64,000 nucleotides of DNA, from positions 65,813 through 129,812 of the forward strand of contig CAMEOO010000002.1 in assembly GCA_945929875.1 (NCBI GenBank). Direction: 5' to 3'. The notes under the pieces are model-generated. The model was not told the DNA's origin. It saw only the letters and a program-made list of their open reading frames with translations, and ran no database searches. Position numbers and translations under genes: made by a program. Each line of letters starts with the position of its first letter. The stretch's first letter is position 1. Positions 1 to 8,212 of this stretch are shown here, one piece after another. The DNA comes from an uncultured Bacillales bacterium (GTDB taxonomy: Bacteria; Bacillota_I; Bacilli_A; RFN20; CAG-449).

Positions 1-1095
1 TTCCTCAATGTCAAAGAAGAAATCTCTATTCCTTTTGATAAACTAGTTAAGATCAAACCTAATTTTTTAGATGGAACAAAAGAAGTAGTTCTAGGTATTA
101 GAAGTGAAAACATCTCTTTAAAAAAATCTTCAAATAGTTTAAAAATGAAGGTTTCTCACGTAGAAGAATTAGGTAATGAAACTCTTGTTTATGGAGATCT
201 CGATCTAAACAATGATGCAATTGGAGATAGCCCAACTAAAGTTATTATTAAGATCCCTGGTTTTAAAGAAATTGAAGCAGGATCCATTGTAGATATATCT
301 TTAGACTTCTCCTTCCTACATTTATTTGATAAAGAAAGTGAAGAAAGCATCTTAAAGAGAGTGCCAGATAACAATTATGTCAATGTAGAAGTAAAAGATA
401 ATAAATTAGATTTATTTGGCTTAGAGTTTAATTTACCTAAAGCTATCTTACTACCTTCATCTTCTTATGAAGCATTAATTCCTCTTGAAGCGATTAAAGT
501 TAAAGAAGGAGACAAAGTTAAGGTAAAAGAAAATGAAGAAGTAGATGAAAAATATCTTTTAACATTAGATATCAACGAACACGTACTATTTGCTTTAAAT
601 GAAAAAAAATATCAAAGTGTAGATATTTCTATCGACATGTCTCAAATCACATTATTAAAAGATGGTAAAGAAGTAATTTGCCCTGTAGAAAGAAATAACG
701 TATTTGTTGGAGAATTTATCAATAAAAAGATAAAAGATGGAAAGATAAAATCTCATAATGAGTATTATTTAAAATTCTTAGATGAAGAATTTCCATCAAC
801 CGATTTAATTACAAAAAAGATGTGTCAAGCCTACGATGATCGAAGAGTTTTTCATGAAAAATTCAGTTTTTCCTTTAGACCTAGTTCAATAAAGATTAGT
901 GATTCTGGAGTCAAAGGAAAAGTAATTAAAGAGATGGACTATGGAAATAATAAAAAATACGTCACCTTAAAAGTTAAAGATCACGAGATTGTAGTTTTAG
1001 ACTCAAAAGCAAAAGTCGATGACGAAGTATATATAACTTTTAATATAGATGAAATCGGTGTAACAGAGATAGGAAGAGATATAAAGGTTATCTAG
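1..1095 (+). CDS. sugar ABC transporter ATP-binding protein (MalK/MsmX/UgpC family), 5'-truncated by the window edge, with ~240 aa of extra C-terminal sequence
   Basis: Frame 1 is open from nt 1 (FLNVKEEISIPFDKLV...), so the track ORF at 145 is only an internal Met. ...HVEELGNETLVYGDL...DISLDFSFLHLFDKESEE resembles the TOBE-like regulatory C-terminus of MalK-type ATPases. The ORF then runs ~240 aa further to the stop at 1093-1095. Confidence 0.75.
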   Translation, partial: FLNVKEEISIPFDKLVKIKPNFLDGTKEVVLGIRSENISLKKSSNSLKMKVSHVEELGNETLVYGDLDLNNDAIGDSPTKVIIKIPGFKEIEAGSIVDISLDFSFLHLFDKESEESILKRVPDNNYVNVEVKDNKLDLFGLEFNLPKAILLPSSSYEALIPLEAIKVKEGDKVKVKENEEVDEKYLLTLDINEHVLFALNEKKYQSVDISIDMSQITLLKDGKEVICPVERNNVFVGEFINKKIKDGKIKSHNEYYLKFLDEEFPSTDLITKKMCQAYDDRRVFHEKFSFSFRPSSIKISDSGVKGKVIKEMDYGNNKKYVTLKVKDHEIVVLDSKAKVDDEVYITFNIDEIGVTEIGRDIKVI

Positions 1096-1128
1096 TCTCC
1101 CAATAACTAATATATTTCTAATAGATTT

Positions 1129-1160
1129 ATGCGATGTGAAGATTCACATCGCATTTTGCT
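1129..1160 (+). terminator. intrinsic terminator after the ABC ATPase gene
   Basis: Perfect 11-bp stem ATGCGATGTGA / TCACATCGCAT, 4-nt loop, then TTTT. Confidence 0.8.
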
Positions 1161-1479
1161 ATAGAAGTTTTTATTGTTTTAATTAGTACCCTTACTTCTT
1201 AAAAAAAAGAAATTCTATTTTGGTTTCTAAAGGAAATACAAAGTAAATTATAAAAAAAGAGCGTAAATAAAAAAACCATCCCCACATTTATCAATGTAGG
1301 GATACCATCTGGTTGTTAACCAAGCAATTATATTTTAACGAATCAATTTTATTTGTCAATAAAAAAATGGATTGATTTAGTTTAATGATAGTAATACAAT
1401 AATACTGCTCATAGATAAGTCCACGAGCGAATTGTATATTTTTGAAGCATGATTAAAGCAATTTAAGGAGGAGTGGACT

Positions 1480-1713
1480 ATGAGCAAAACAATCAATTCG
1501 CAATTGATAGGTCAATCTATCAAAACCTTAAGGCTAAAAAATCACTTAACTCAAAGTGATTTAGCCGATTCTATCGGTTACAGTATAAGAACTATTCGAC
1601 GTATTGAAACTGATGGAACAACTAGTATTGAGACAATCAATACATTCGCTGTATATTTCGATGTATCAGCGCTAGACATCCTTTCGGGATGTTTTCTTTT
1701 TGCAATTTTATAA
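1480..1713 (+). CDS. XRE-family helix-turn-helix transcriptional regulator (77 aa)
   Basis: IKTLRLKNHLTQSDLADSIGYSIRTIRRIE is a typical Cro/C1 HTH. Strong RBS AAGGAGGAG sits upstream of the ATG. The last ~12 codons are encoded by a terminator hairpin. Confidence 0.75.
   Translation: MSKTINSQLIGQSIKTLRLKNHLTQSDLADSIGYSIRTIRRIETDGTTSIETINTFAVYFDVSALDILSGCFLFAIL
1676..1702 (+). terminator. intrinsic terminator overlapping the 3' end of the XRE ORF
   Basis: ACATCC-tttcg-GGATGT followed by TTTCTTTTT. Confidence 0.55.
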
Positions 1714-1727
1714 ATGTTTTATCTATA

Positions 1728-2066
1728 TTACTTGTCTAATATCTCTTTACAGTAGTCACATAAAATTACGATACTTTCTTTAGCGGTATTCCATACTATT
1801 TCTAAATCTATGGTATCATATCCGTGAACAATTCTATTTCTCATTCCTCTTATTTGCTTCCAAGGTACCTGATTATATGTTTTTAGAAATTCATCTGATA
1901 ATCCGTTTGCTAATTCTCCAATTTGAAATAAATTGAAACAAATAACTTCTTTTATGTCTTCATCTTTTCTAAAAAATTCTTGACTAATTTTATTGGTTTT
2001 TTCAATAATTCTATTACATCTTTTGATGATTTGGAAAATAATCCCTTTATCTCTTTTTTCTAGCAT
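1728..2066 (-). CDS. hepT: HepT-like (DUF86) toxin, HEPN ribonuclease of a type VII toxin-antitoxin pair
   Basis: RNRIVHGY matches the HEPN Rx4HxY motif. Size is 112 aa. The start codon overlaps the stop of the upstream MntA gene (ATGCTAG, 7-nt overlap). Confidence 0.85.
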   Translation of the reverse strand: MLEKRDKGIIFQIIKRCNRIIEKTNKISQEFFRKDEDIKEVICFNLFQIGELANGLSDEFLKTYNQVPWKQIRGMRNRIVHGYDTIDLEIVWNTAKESIVILCDYCKEILDK

Positions 2067-2515
2067 AGTTTAATCATATCCTCCGTTATTGATTCTTTGA
2101 AATAATCATCCATAATTGATGAATCAAAGATTATGTCAACTTTTTTGCTTAAAGCAGATTCTAATTCATCTTCTAATATACCTTGATCAATTAAAGTCTT
2201 TATATTTCCTTTACCACAATAGATATCTATATCACTAGATTCTTTTGCTTCTCCTCTTGCGTAAGAGCCAAATAAATAAATATCGGTTATTCCATATTTA
2301 TTTAGAATAGGTTTAATTATCTTTTTGATTTCTTTAATTGTATAGACACTCCTGCTGATATTTTCGTTAATTAGTGATAGGATATATTCATTTTTATTGC
2401 TGATTCTTCTAAGATGATCGATTACTTTAGTATTTGATTTTTTAACTCTAAATTGATACATTTTATAGTTATTCTTATTATAACTATCAATATATTTTAA
2501 TTGATTAAATGCCAT
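2060..2515 (-). CDS. mntA: MntA-like nucleotidyltransferase antitoxin with an N-terminal ribbon-helix-helix-like extension
   Basis: LFGSYARGEAKESSDIDI is the minimal nucleotidyltransferase GSx10DxD motif. I place the start at MAFNQL (2515), 3 nt after GAGGTGAT, not at the track start 2551. The first ~65 aa (YKMYQFRVKKSNTKVIDHLRRISNKNEYILSLINENI) look like a CopG/Arc-type RHH. Confidence 0.8.
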   Translation of the reverse strand: MAFNQLKYIDSYNKNNYKMYQFRVKKSNTKVIDHLRRISNKNEYILSLINENISRSVYTIKEIKKIIKPILNKYGITDIYLFGSYARGEAKESSDIDIYCGKGNIKTLIDQGILEDELESALSKKVDIIFDSSIMDDYFKESITEDMIKLC

Positions 2516-2580
2516 AGTATCACCTCTATATACATATGATATCATATGCAAAAATGATAAATCAATTAATAATTTTTATT

Positions 2581-2619
2581 AAAATAAAAAACATTGGCGA
2601 CCTTCGTCATACAATGTTT
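2581..2619 (-). terminator. intrinsic terminator on the minus strand (3' end of the ncRNA candidate)
   Basis: Minus strand reads AAACATTG-(15 nt containing GAC/GTC)-CAATGTTT followed by TTTATTTT. Confidence 0.7.
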
Positions 2620-3150
2620 ACTTCAGCAAGTTCTTCGCGCACGTTCACACCAGGTTGGGCAATAGGTTGCGATCCTACTACTTCTGGGATGGGGTAAACC
2701 GGACAACGAGATGAGTTTTACTAATATCATCTAACTTTCAGAGAGTTCAGAAAAGGAAAAGTTCTAAACCATGGTTTTTTTTCGGCATTCTCCTACTCAA
2801 ACCTACCAAAGTAGTTATATGTGATTACTCACTTTCAAGCCGCGCACTTCCTTGATAGCGGAGATATTAGGTTATCAAGCTAATATCTTATCGCGGGATA
2901 TATTTCTATAGAGCCTCTTGTCGTGCCTACTCGGGTAGTCGTTTACTATTTATGAAGCACATTGCACATTAACCAAAGCGGTAAATTAATACCGTAAACC
3001 AAATTGGTCTTGTCCTTAGCACGGTATCCCATACTAATTTCTTTTTTGGTTAATTCCCAGCCATCTAACTAAGATGACTTCACTGGGTTCCAATGTAATT
3101 CCATTATAATATAATAATTAGAATGGTGTGAGGACAAGAAATGGCCTATT
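2581..3150 (-). ncRNA. large (~570 nt) structured non-coding RNA candidate of unassigned family (the ROOL/GOLLD class of ornate large RNAs is one hypothesis); 5' boundary uncertain (3150-3240)
   Basis: No ORF of 60 aa or more on either strand between 2552 and 3448. Local G+C is far above the flanks (31/60 at 2641-2700 by my count). Many nested helices and a pseudoknot-capable hairpin are present (see findings). It ends in a minus-strand intrinsic terminator. Confidence 0.55.
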
Positions 3151-3448
3151 AATTGTGGCGTTGAAGTATGGTAAAAAGAAGATAAGTGCTTGGTTTTTTA
3201 TAAATATCGATGATTTATTAAATAATAACTCATTGATAGATTATATATTATTGATTTTTAGGAAATTAACTCCATTAAAATTTTTTGATTCTTAATAAAA
3301 AGACAATGAAGGTTCCAATATTTTCAGCATTGTACTTCCAACTTTCACGGCCAATAAAGAATTCTCACTTCTTTTTTTTCTTTAGAAAAGGAGGGCATTC
3401 CATTCTCTTTTTGCTATAATTAAAAGAAAATTGAGGAAGTGTTATTAA

Positions 3449-3703
3449 ATGTACGATATATATGAATATAATTACGTTGATAAAGAAAGTGGCTTAGGTA
3501 TGGTTATATGGGTTAGAACTGATGAAGTAGCCCAGCAAATTGCTGATATAAATAGCAAAGATAGTAGCATCAAATGGATTCCTAGAAAAAGAAAATTCAA
3601 AATACCAGTACATATAAATATACCACCTTATGAGTTAGAACAAGAGCAACTTGAAGAGTCTCGAAGTGAGCTAAAAATAAGACAATCAAAACATGCAAAA
3701 TAA
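3449..3703 (+). CDS. hypothetical protein (84 aa), no recognisable motif
   Basis: ORF preceded by TGcTATAAT-like -10 and GAGGAAG. Lys/Glu-rich C-terminus. Confidence 0.4.
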   Translation: MYDIYEYNYVDKESGLGMVIWVRTDEVAQQIADINSKDSSIKWIPRKRKFKIPVHINIPPYELEQEQLEESRSELKIRQSKHAK

Positions 3704-3901
3704 AAATGAAATAAGTGACAGAAAACTATTAAACTTAAATGGTGAAGAAAAGAAAACGTATATTCTTCAGCGGGATAATATTTGAAAAAAATATTAGATG
3801 TATAGATGTTCGTTTTAATATTACTAATGATATTGAATGATAATTTTTGAAAATTGAAAAATTAATTGAAGAACTAGACTCTTTAATGAGCTGGTTTTTA
3901 T

Positions 3902-3942
3902 TTTGCAAAGTTTTTTGCAAAGTTCAAAATCGCTTTGCAAAC
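3902..3942. repeat. three copies of TTTGCAAA(G/C) (half-palindromic) spaced 12 and 20 nt apart
   Basis: Copies at 3902-3910, 3914-3922 and 3934-3942 (the last is 8/9). Confidence 0.6.
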
Positions 3943-3974
3943 TCCCAATTTTCTGTATCAAAGTTGTATCAAAA

Positions 3975-4000
3975 TCAAAAAAACACGGAAATTTCCGTGT
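3975..4000 (-). terminator. intrinsic terminator downstream of tRNA-Thr
   Basis: Minus strand ACACGGAAATTTCCGTGT (self-complementary) followed by TTTTTTG. Confidence 0.75.
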
Positions 4001-4011
4001 AAATTTTATAA

Positions 4012-4087
4012 TGGTGCCGGCTAGAGGACTTGAACCCCCGACCCACTGATTACGATTCAGTTGCTCTACCAACTGAGCTAAGCCGGC
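4012..4087 (-). tRNA. tRNA-Thr (anticodon CGU), CCA encoded
   Basis: Minus strand GCCGGCTTAGCTCAGTTGGTAGAGCAACTGAATCGTAATCAGTGGGTCGGGGGTTCAAGTCCTCTAGCCGGCACCA. The 7-bp acceptor stem is perfect, with D arm GCTC/GAGC, anticodon loop AUCGUAA and T loop TTCAAGT. Confidence 0.95.
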
Positions 4088-4127
4088 TTCCATTTAATTA
4101 TAGTATAGTTTGTTTTTTTAGAAAAGT

Positions 4128-5399
4128 TTATTTTTCAATATTGAAGTAATAGTCAATTAAAAGAATTAATTGAGGAAAATAAGTGGTTACTGTCCAAATT
4201 GATAATCCTTTTATATTTTCATCGATAGCTAAGTTAATTTTTGCATTTATTGAGCAAGCATCGTCAAAATGAACGACGTGTAATTTGCCATCTTTTTTAT
4301 AATTGAAATATGGTGTTTGGCTTTGACTATCATATTTTATTTCGACATTATATTTTTTCGCTAGATTGATTGCGTCTACATTTGCAATACTTTCTGCTTT
4401 AGACCCTTTTTGATATGGAAGAGTCCAATCGTAACCATAATTGGGTACGCCCATAATAATTTTTGATTCATCTATCTTACTTTTAGCGTATCTAATAACT
4501 CTTCTTACTTGATCAAGAGGAGCAACTGGCATTGGCTCTCCAAATGTATATCCCCATTCGTAGGTCATTAATATTACATAATCTACAATTTTTCCAAGGC
4601 TAAAATAATCGTGCGCGGTATATAATAGGCCTTTTTGCTCATCGCTATTTTTAGGTGCTAGAGCGACAAATAATTTTTTATCTTTTATTCCTTCTTTAAC
4701 TTTTTTGATAAATTCTGTGTATAAATTCTTTTCATCTTCGTTGACATATTCAAAATCGATGCATAAAGCATGATAGTTTTTTTCTTTTATCGTGTTATTT
4801 ATATCATTTATTAATGTATTTATCGCATTTTGGCTATTTAATATCTTAGAAGCTAGAGAAGTAGAAAAGCCCCCACTTTCTTTGATGTTAGCGACTACAA
4901 GCATCGAATTAGTATCATGAATATTTGCTTTAGAAATAATTCTTTGATCATCAAGAGGAACTAGATTACCATTTTCTTTTAGTCGATAAGCAAAAGGAGA
5001 AATATAGGAAAGAGTAGGCAAAGTGCTATTTAATACCTTATTTGTTATTCCTTGATAGCAATATCCATTTATTAATCCATTTACTTTTTCTAAATTATCG
5101 TAATCAAGATGAATTCTTAATCCTGGTTTGATACTATTTTCATCTTTTAGCGAATTATCTTTTAAAATTTTTTCTTTAGTTATAGAAAACTTTTTGCTAA
5201 GAGTATCTAAAGAATCACTTTCTTTAACTATGTAAGATTTATTGCTTGGATTAATAATTAAGCATTCACCGATAAGAAGCTCGTAAGGCTCTTCAAGATT
5301 ATTATCTTGAATTATTTGATTTACTGGGACGTTATATTCTTTGCTAAGTTTATAAACTGAATCCCCCTTTTTTACAAAATGAAAAAACATTTGTTTCAC
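4128..5399 (-). CDS. LysM-LysM-GH18 peptidoglycan hydrolase (YaaH/SleL-like)
   Basis: Two N-terminal LysM repeats (VKKGDSVYKLSKEYNVPVNQIIQDNNL and VKESDSLDTLSKKFSITKEKILKDNSL). GH18 catalytic-type motif LCIDFEYV. RBS GAGGTG. The 423-aa length matches the YaaH architecture. Confidence 0.8.
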   Translation of the reverse strand: MKQMFFHFVKKGDSVYKLSKEYNVPVNQIIQDNNLEEPYELLIGECLIINPSNKSYIVKESDSLDTLSKKFSITKEKILKDNSLKDENSIKPGLRIHLDYDNLEKVNGLINGYCYQGITNKVLNSTLPTLSYISPFAYRLKENGNLVPLDDQRIISKANIHDTNSMLVVANIKESGGFSTSLASKILNSQNAINTLINDINNTIKEKNYHALCIDFEYVNEDEKNLYTEFIKKVKEGIKDKKLFVALAPKNSDEQKGLLYTAHDYFSLGKIVDYVILMTYEWGYTFGEPMPVAPLDQVRRVIRYAKSKIDESKIIMGVPNYGYDWTLPYQKGSKAESIANVDAINLAKKYNVEIKYDSQSQTPYFNYKKDGKLHVVHFDDACSINAKINLAIDENIKGLSIWTVTTYFPQLILLIDYYFNIEK

Positions 5400-5456
5400 C
5401 TCAAAATAATATATTCAATAGTTTGCATAAAAAGACTAAAGAAGAATAACATAAAA

Positions 5457-5483
5457 ATAGCACTCGACTATTGACAGTGCTAA
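5457..5483. promoter_or_regulatory. CIRCE-like HrcA operator 1 (ATAGCACTC-N9-CAGTGCTAA)
   Basis: One mismatch per arm to TTAGCACTC-N9-GAGTGCTAA. Overlaps the -35 of the clpB promoter. Confidence 0.7.
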
Positions 5484-5499
5484 AAAATAAGAATATACT
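5471..5499 (+). promoter_or_regulatory. sigma-A type promoter of clpB
   Basis: TTGACA (5471-5476), 17-nt spacer, TATACT (5494-5499). Confidence 0.7.
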
Positions 5500-5503
5500 A
5501 TGA

Positions 5504-5530
5504 TTAGCACTTGAAAGTTTAGAGTGCTAA
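5504..5530. promoter_or_regulatory. CIRCE HrcA operator 2 (TTAGCACTT-N9-GAGTGCTAA)
   Basis: 17/18 match to the CIRCE consensus. Lies between the -10 and the GGAGGT RBS of clpB. Confidence 0.85.
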
Positions 5531-5546
5531 ATGGAGGTGGATAGTT

Positions 5547-8105
5547 ATGGAAAACAATATGACTGAAAAAGTTATGAGTATTCTTTCTAGAAGTCAAGAA
5601 ATAGCAAAAGAAAACTTTTCTTGCGAGATTGATGTTCCTCATTTAGTTAAAGCGATGCTTGATGATCAAGATTCGATGCTAAAAAACGTTTTAAGAAAAA
5701 TTAACTGCAACGTTAATTTATTTTCTGATACGGTTGAAGGCTTTATTTCATCAAAAGCGAAAAGTCAAAGTATTGATAACATGTATATCTCTACAGATTT
5801 AAATAATCTACTAAAGAATGCTGAATCATATATGAAGGCTTATCAAGATAGCTTTATCAGCGTTGAACACTTAATTCTTGCTATTTTTGATACGAAGCAT
5901 TCTCTTCTAAATAAATTATTAAACATTTCTAATTTCACAAAAGCAAATGTAAAAAAAGCCATTGAAGAAATTAGAGGTGGAAATAAAGTGATTGATCAAA
6001 ATCCAGAGGAAAAATACGAAGTATTAAAAAAATATGGTAGAGATTTAACTAGCGAAGTCGCTAAAGGAAAAATCGATCCAGTAATTGGTAGAGATGAAGA
6101 GATTCGTCGAGTCATTCAAATTCTATCGAGAAAGACTAAAAATAATCCAGTTTTAATTGGTGAACCTGGTGTAGGTAAAACTGCAATTGTTGAAGGTCTA
6201 GCCTGGAGAATCTTTAAAAAAGATGTTCCTTTTTCATTGAAAGATAAAACGATTTTTGAACTCGATTTAGGTTCATTAATTGCAGGTGCAAAATATCGTG
6301 GTGAATTTGAAGAAAGACTTAAAGCAGTCCTAAATGAGATTACAAAATCAGAAGGAAAAATTATTCTTTTCATCGATGAAATTCATACCTTAATCGGTGC
6401 GGGAAAGACTGATGGAGCAATGGATGCGGCTAACTTGCTAAAACCAATGCTAGCCCGAGGTGATTTACACTGTATTGGCGCGACTACTCTTGATGAGTAT
6501 CGAAAATACATTGAAAAAGATCCTGCTTTTGAAAGAAGAATGCAAAAGGTTATCGTCAGTGAGCCTACTGTGAAAGATACTATTTCGATTTTAAGAGGAT
6601 TAAAGGAAAGATATGAAAACCATCATGGTGTTCAAATCATGGATTCTGCCTTAGTTTCTGCAGCGGTTTTGTCAAATAGATATATTTCTGATCGATATTT
6701 ACCAGATAAAGCAATCGACTTAGTCGATGAAGCTTGTGCAGCGGTGAGAATGCAAATTGACTCTTTACCAGTTGAACTAGATGAAATTAATCACAAGATT
6801 GCTCAACTTGAAATTGAAAGGATCTCTTTAAGTAAAGAGGATTCTGAAGTTAGTAAAAAAAGACTAGAGCAGCTAGATAAAGAAATGGCTTCTTTAAAAG
6901 AAGAACAAAATAAGTTTACTGCAAAATGGCAAAATGAAAAGAAAGAACTTTTAAAAGCAAAAAGTGCGAAAGAGGAACTAGAAAAAGCTAAACTAGATCT
7001 TGAAAAAGCGATGAATAATGCGGATTATCAAGAAGCTAGTAGACTTAAATTTTCAGTGATTCCAGATTTAGAAAAAACTATTGAAAATAGTAAGAATAAT
7101 AAAGACGAAGATAAGATGCTCGATGAAGTAGTTAAAGAAGATGACATTGCAAATGTAATTAGTAAATGGACGGGCATTCCTCTTAGTAAATTAAAACAAA
7201 GCGAATCAAGTAAACTATTGTCTTTAAAAGATAATCTAAGTCAAAGAGTAATTGGGCAAGATGAAGCTCTAGAGAAAGTTTGCGATGCAATTATTCGTTC
7301 TCGAGCCGGAATTAATGATGAAAATCGACCAATAGGTAGTTTCCTCTTCTTAGGGCCTACTGGTGTTGGTAAAACTGAAGTAGCTAAATCTCTTGCGTCA
7401 AATCTATTTGATTCAGAAACTCAAATGGTAAGAATCGATATGTCTGAATATATGGAGAAATTCTCTGTGTCGCGTCTTGTTGGTGCCCCACCAGGATATG
7501 TAGGTTACGAAGAAGGTGGACAACTTACTGAAGCGGTGAGAAGAAAACCTTACTGTATCGTACTACTAGATGAAATTGAAAAAGCTCATCCAGATGTGTT
7601 TAATATCTTACTTCAAGTCCTTGACGATGGAAGATTAACCGACTCTCAAGGTAGAGTGGTTGACTTTAAAAACACCATCATCATTATGACTAGTAATATT
7701 GGTAGTGACTACCTTCTTGAAGGAAATAGTGAAGCATCTAGAAAGAAAGTAGAAAACGAATTAAAGAATCACTTTAAACCAGAATTCTTAAATCGTATCG
7801 ATGATATCGTCTACTTTAATTCTCTTGATAATTCAGTAGCTAGTAAGATTGTCAAGAAGTTTATTAAAGAGTTAGAAGTTCGTTTACAAAAGAATGAGAT
7901 TACTATTTCTCTTTCTGATGAAGCGATGAATGTAATTATCGAGCAAGGATTTGATAAAATTTATGGGGCAAGACCATTAAAACGATACATTCAAAAGGAG
8001 ATAGAAACTCCTTTGGCGCGCGATATTATCGCTGGAAGAATTTCTTCAAAGTGCCACGTGAATGTCACTTATTCAAATGATCATTTCGTCTTTGAAAAAC
8101 AGTAA
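5547..8105 (+). CDS. clpB: ATP-dependent chaperone ClpB
   Basis: Two AAA+ modules (GEPGVGKT and GPTGVGKT Walker A; [13 protein letters not shown] Walker B) separated by a long coiled-coil M-domain. Clp N-domain present. 852 aa. Confidence 0.95.
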   Translation: MENNMTEKVMSILSRSQEIAKENFSCEIDVPHLVKAMLDDQDSMLKNVLRKINCNVNLFSDTVEGFISSKAKSQSIDNMYISTDLNNLLKNAESYMKAYQDSFISVEHLILAIFDTKHSLLNKLLNISNFTKANVKKAIEEIRGGNKVIDQNPEEKYEVLKKYGRDLTSEVAKGKIDPVIGRDEEIRRVIQILSRKTKNNPVLIGEPGVGKTAIVEGLAWRIFKKDVPFSLKDKTIFELDLGSLIAGAKYRGEFEERLKAVLNEITKSEGKIILFIDEIHTLIGAGKTDGAMDAANLLKPMLARGDLHCIGATTLDEYRKYIEKDPAFERRMQKVIVSEPTVKDTISILRGLKERYENHHGVQIMDSALVSAAVLSNRYISDRYLPDKAIDLVDEACAAVRMQIDSLPVELDEINHKIAQLEIERISLSKEDSEVSKKRLEQLDKEMASLKEEQNKFTAKWQNEKKELLKAKSAKEELEKAKLDLEKAMNNADYQEASRLKFSVIPDLEKTIENSKNNKDEDKMLDEVVKEDDIANVISKWTGIPLSKLKQSESSKLLSLKDNLSQRVIGQDEALEKVCDAIIRSRAGINDENRPIGSFLFLGPTGVGKTEVAKSLASNLFDSETQMVRIDMSEYMEKFSVSRLVGAPPGYVGYEEGGQLTEAVRRKPYCIVLLDEIEKAHPDVFNILLQVLDDGRLTDSQGRVVDFKNTIIIMTSNIGSDYLLEGNSEASRKKVENELKNHFKPEFLNRIDDIVYFNSLDNSVASKIVKKFIKELEVRLQKNEITISLSDEAMNVIIEQGFDKIYGARPLKRYIQKEIETPLARDIIAGRISSKCHVNVTYSNDHFVFEKQ

Positions 8106-8114
8106 ATTATTATT

Positions 8115-8147
8115 AGAGTAACGTAAAAGTATGTTACTCTTTTTTCT
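8115..8147 (+). terminator. intrinsic terminator after clpB
   Basis: AGAGTAAC-loop-GTTACTCT then TTTTTT. Confidence 0.8.
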
Positions 8148-8212
8148 TTACATAATTATTTATGTAAAAATAATCTCTACTTTATGTTATCATTAACTTT
8201 AGAGGTGTTTAT

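Noticed and set aside
2581-3150. Whether the structured region is RNase P RNA, tmRNA, a group II intron, a T-box or another leader
   Set aside because: There is no GAGGAAAGUCC or ACAGAA-type RNase P core. There are no tRNA-like termini or tag ORF for tmRNA. There is no GUGYG 5' end, domain V or RT ORF for a group II intron. No downstream minus-strand gene exists for a leader to regulate, because the terminator is followed by the MntA promoter region.
1200-4011. Direct repeat of the tRNA-Thr 3' end (att site) or integrase remnant delimiting the islet
   Set aside because: I could not find any copy of TGGTGCCGGCTAGAGGACTTGAACC or sub-segments of it. I also found no integrase-like ORF. This was a visual search only.
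3824-4093. 89-aa minus-strand ORF from the track
   Set aside because: It reads straight through tRNA-Thr (4012-4087) and its terminator. It is an artefact of an open frame.
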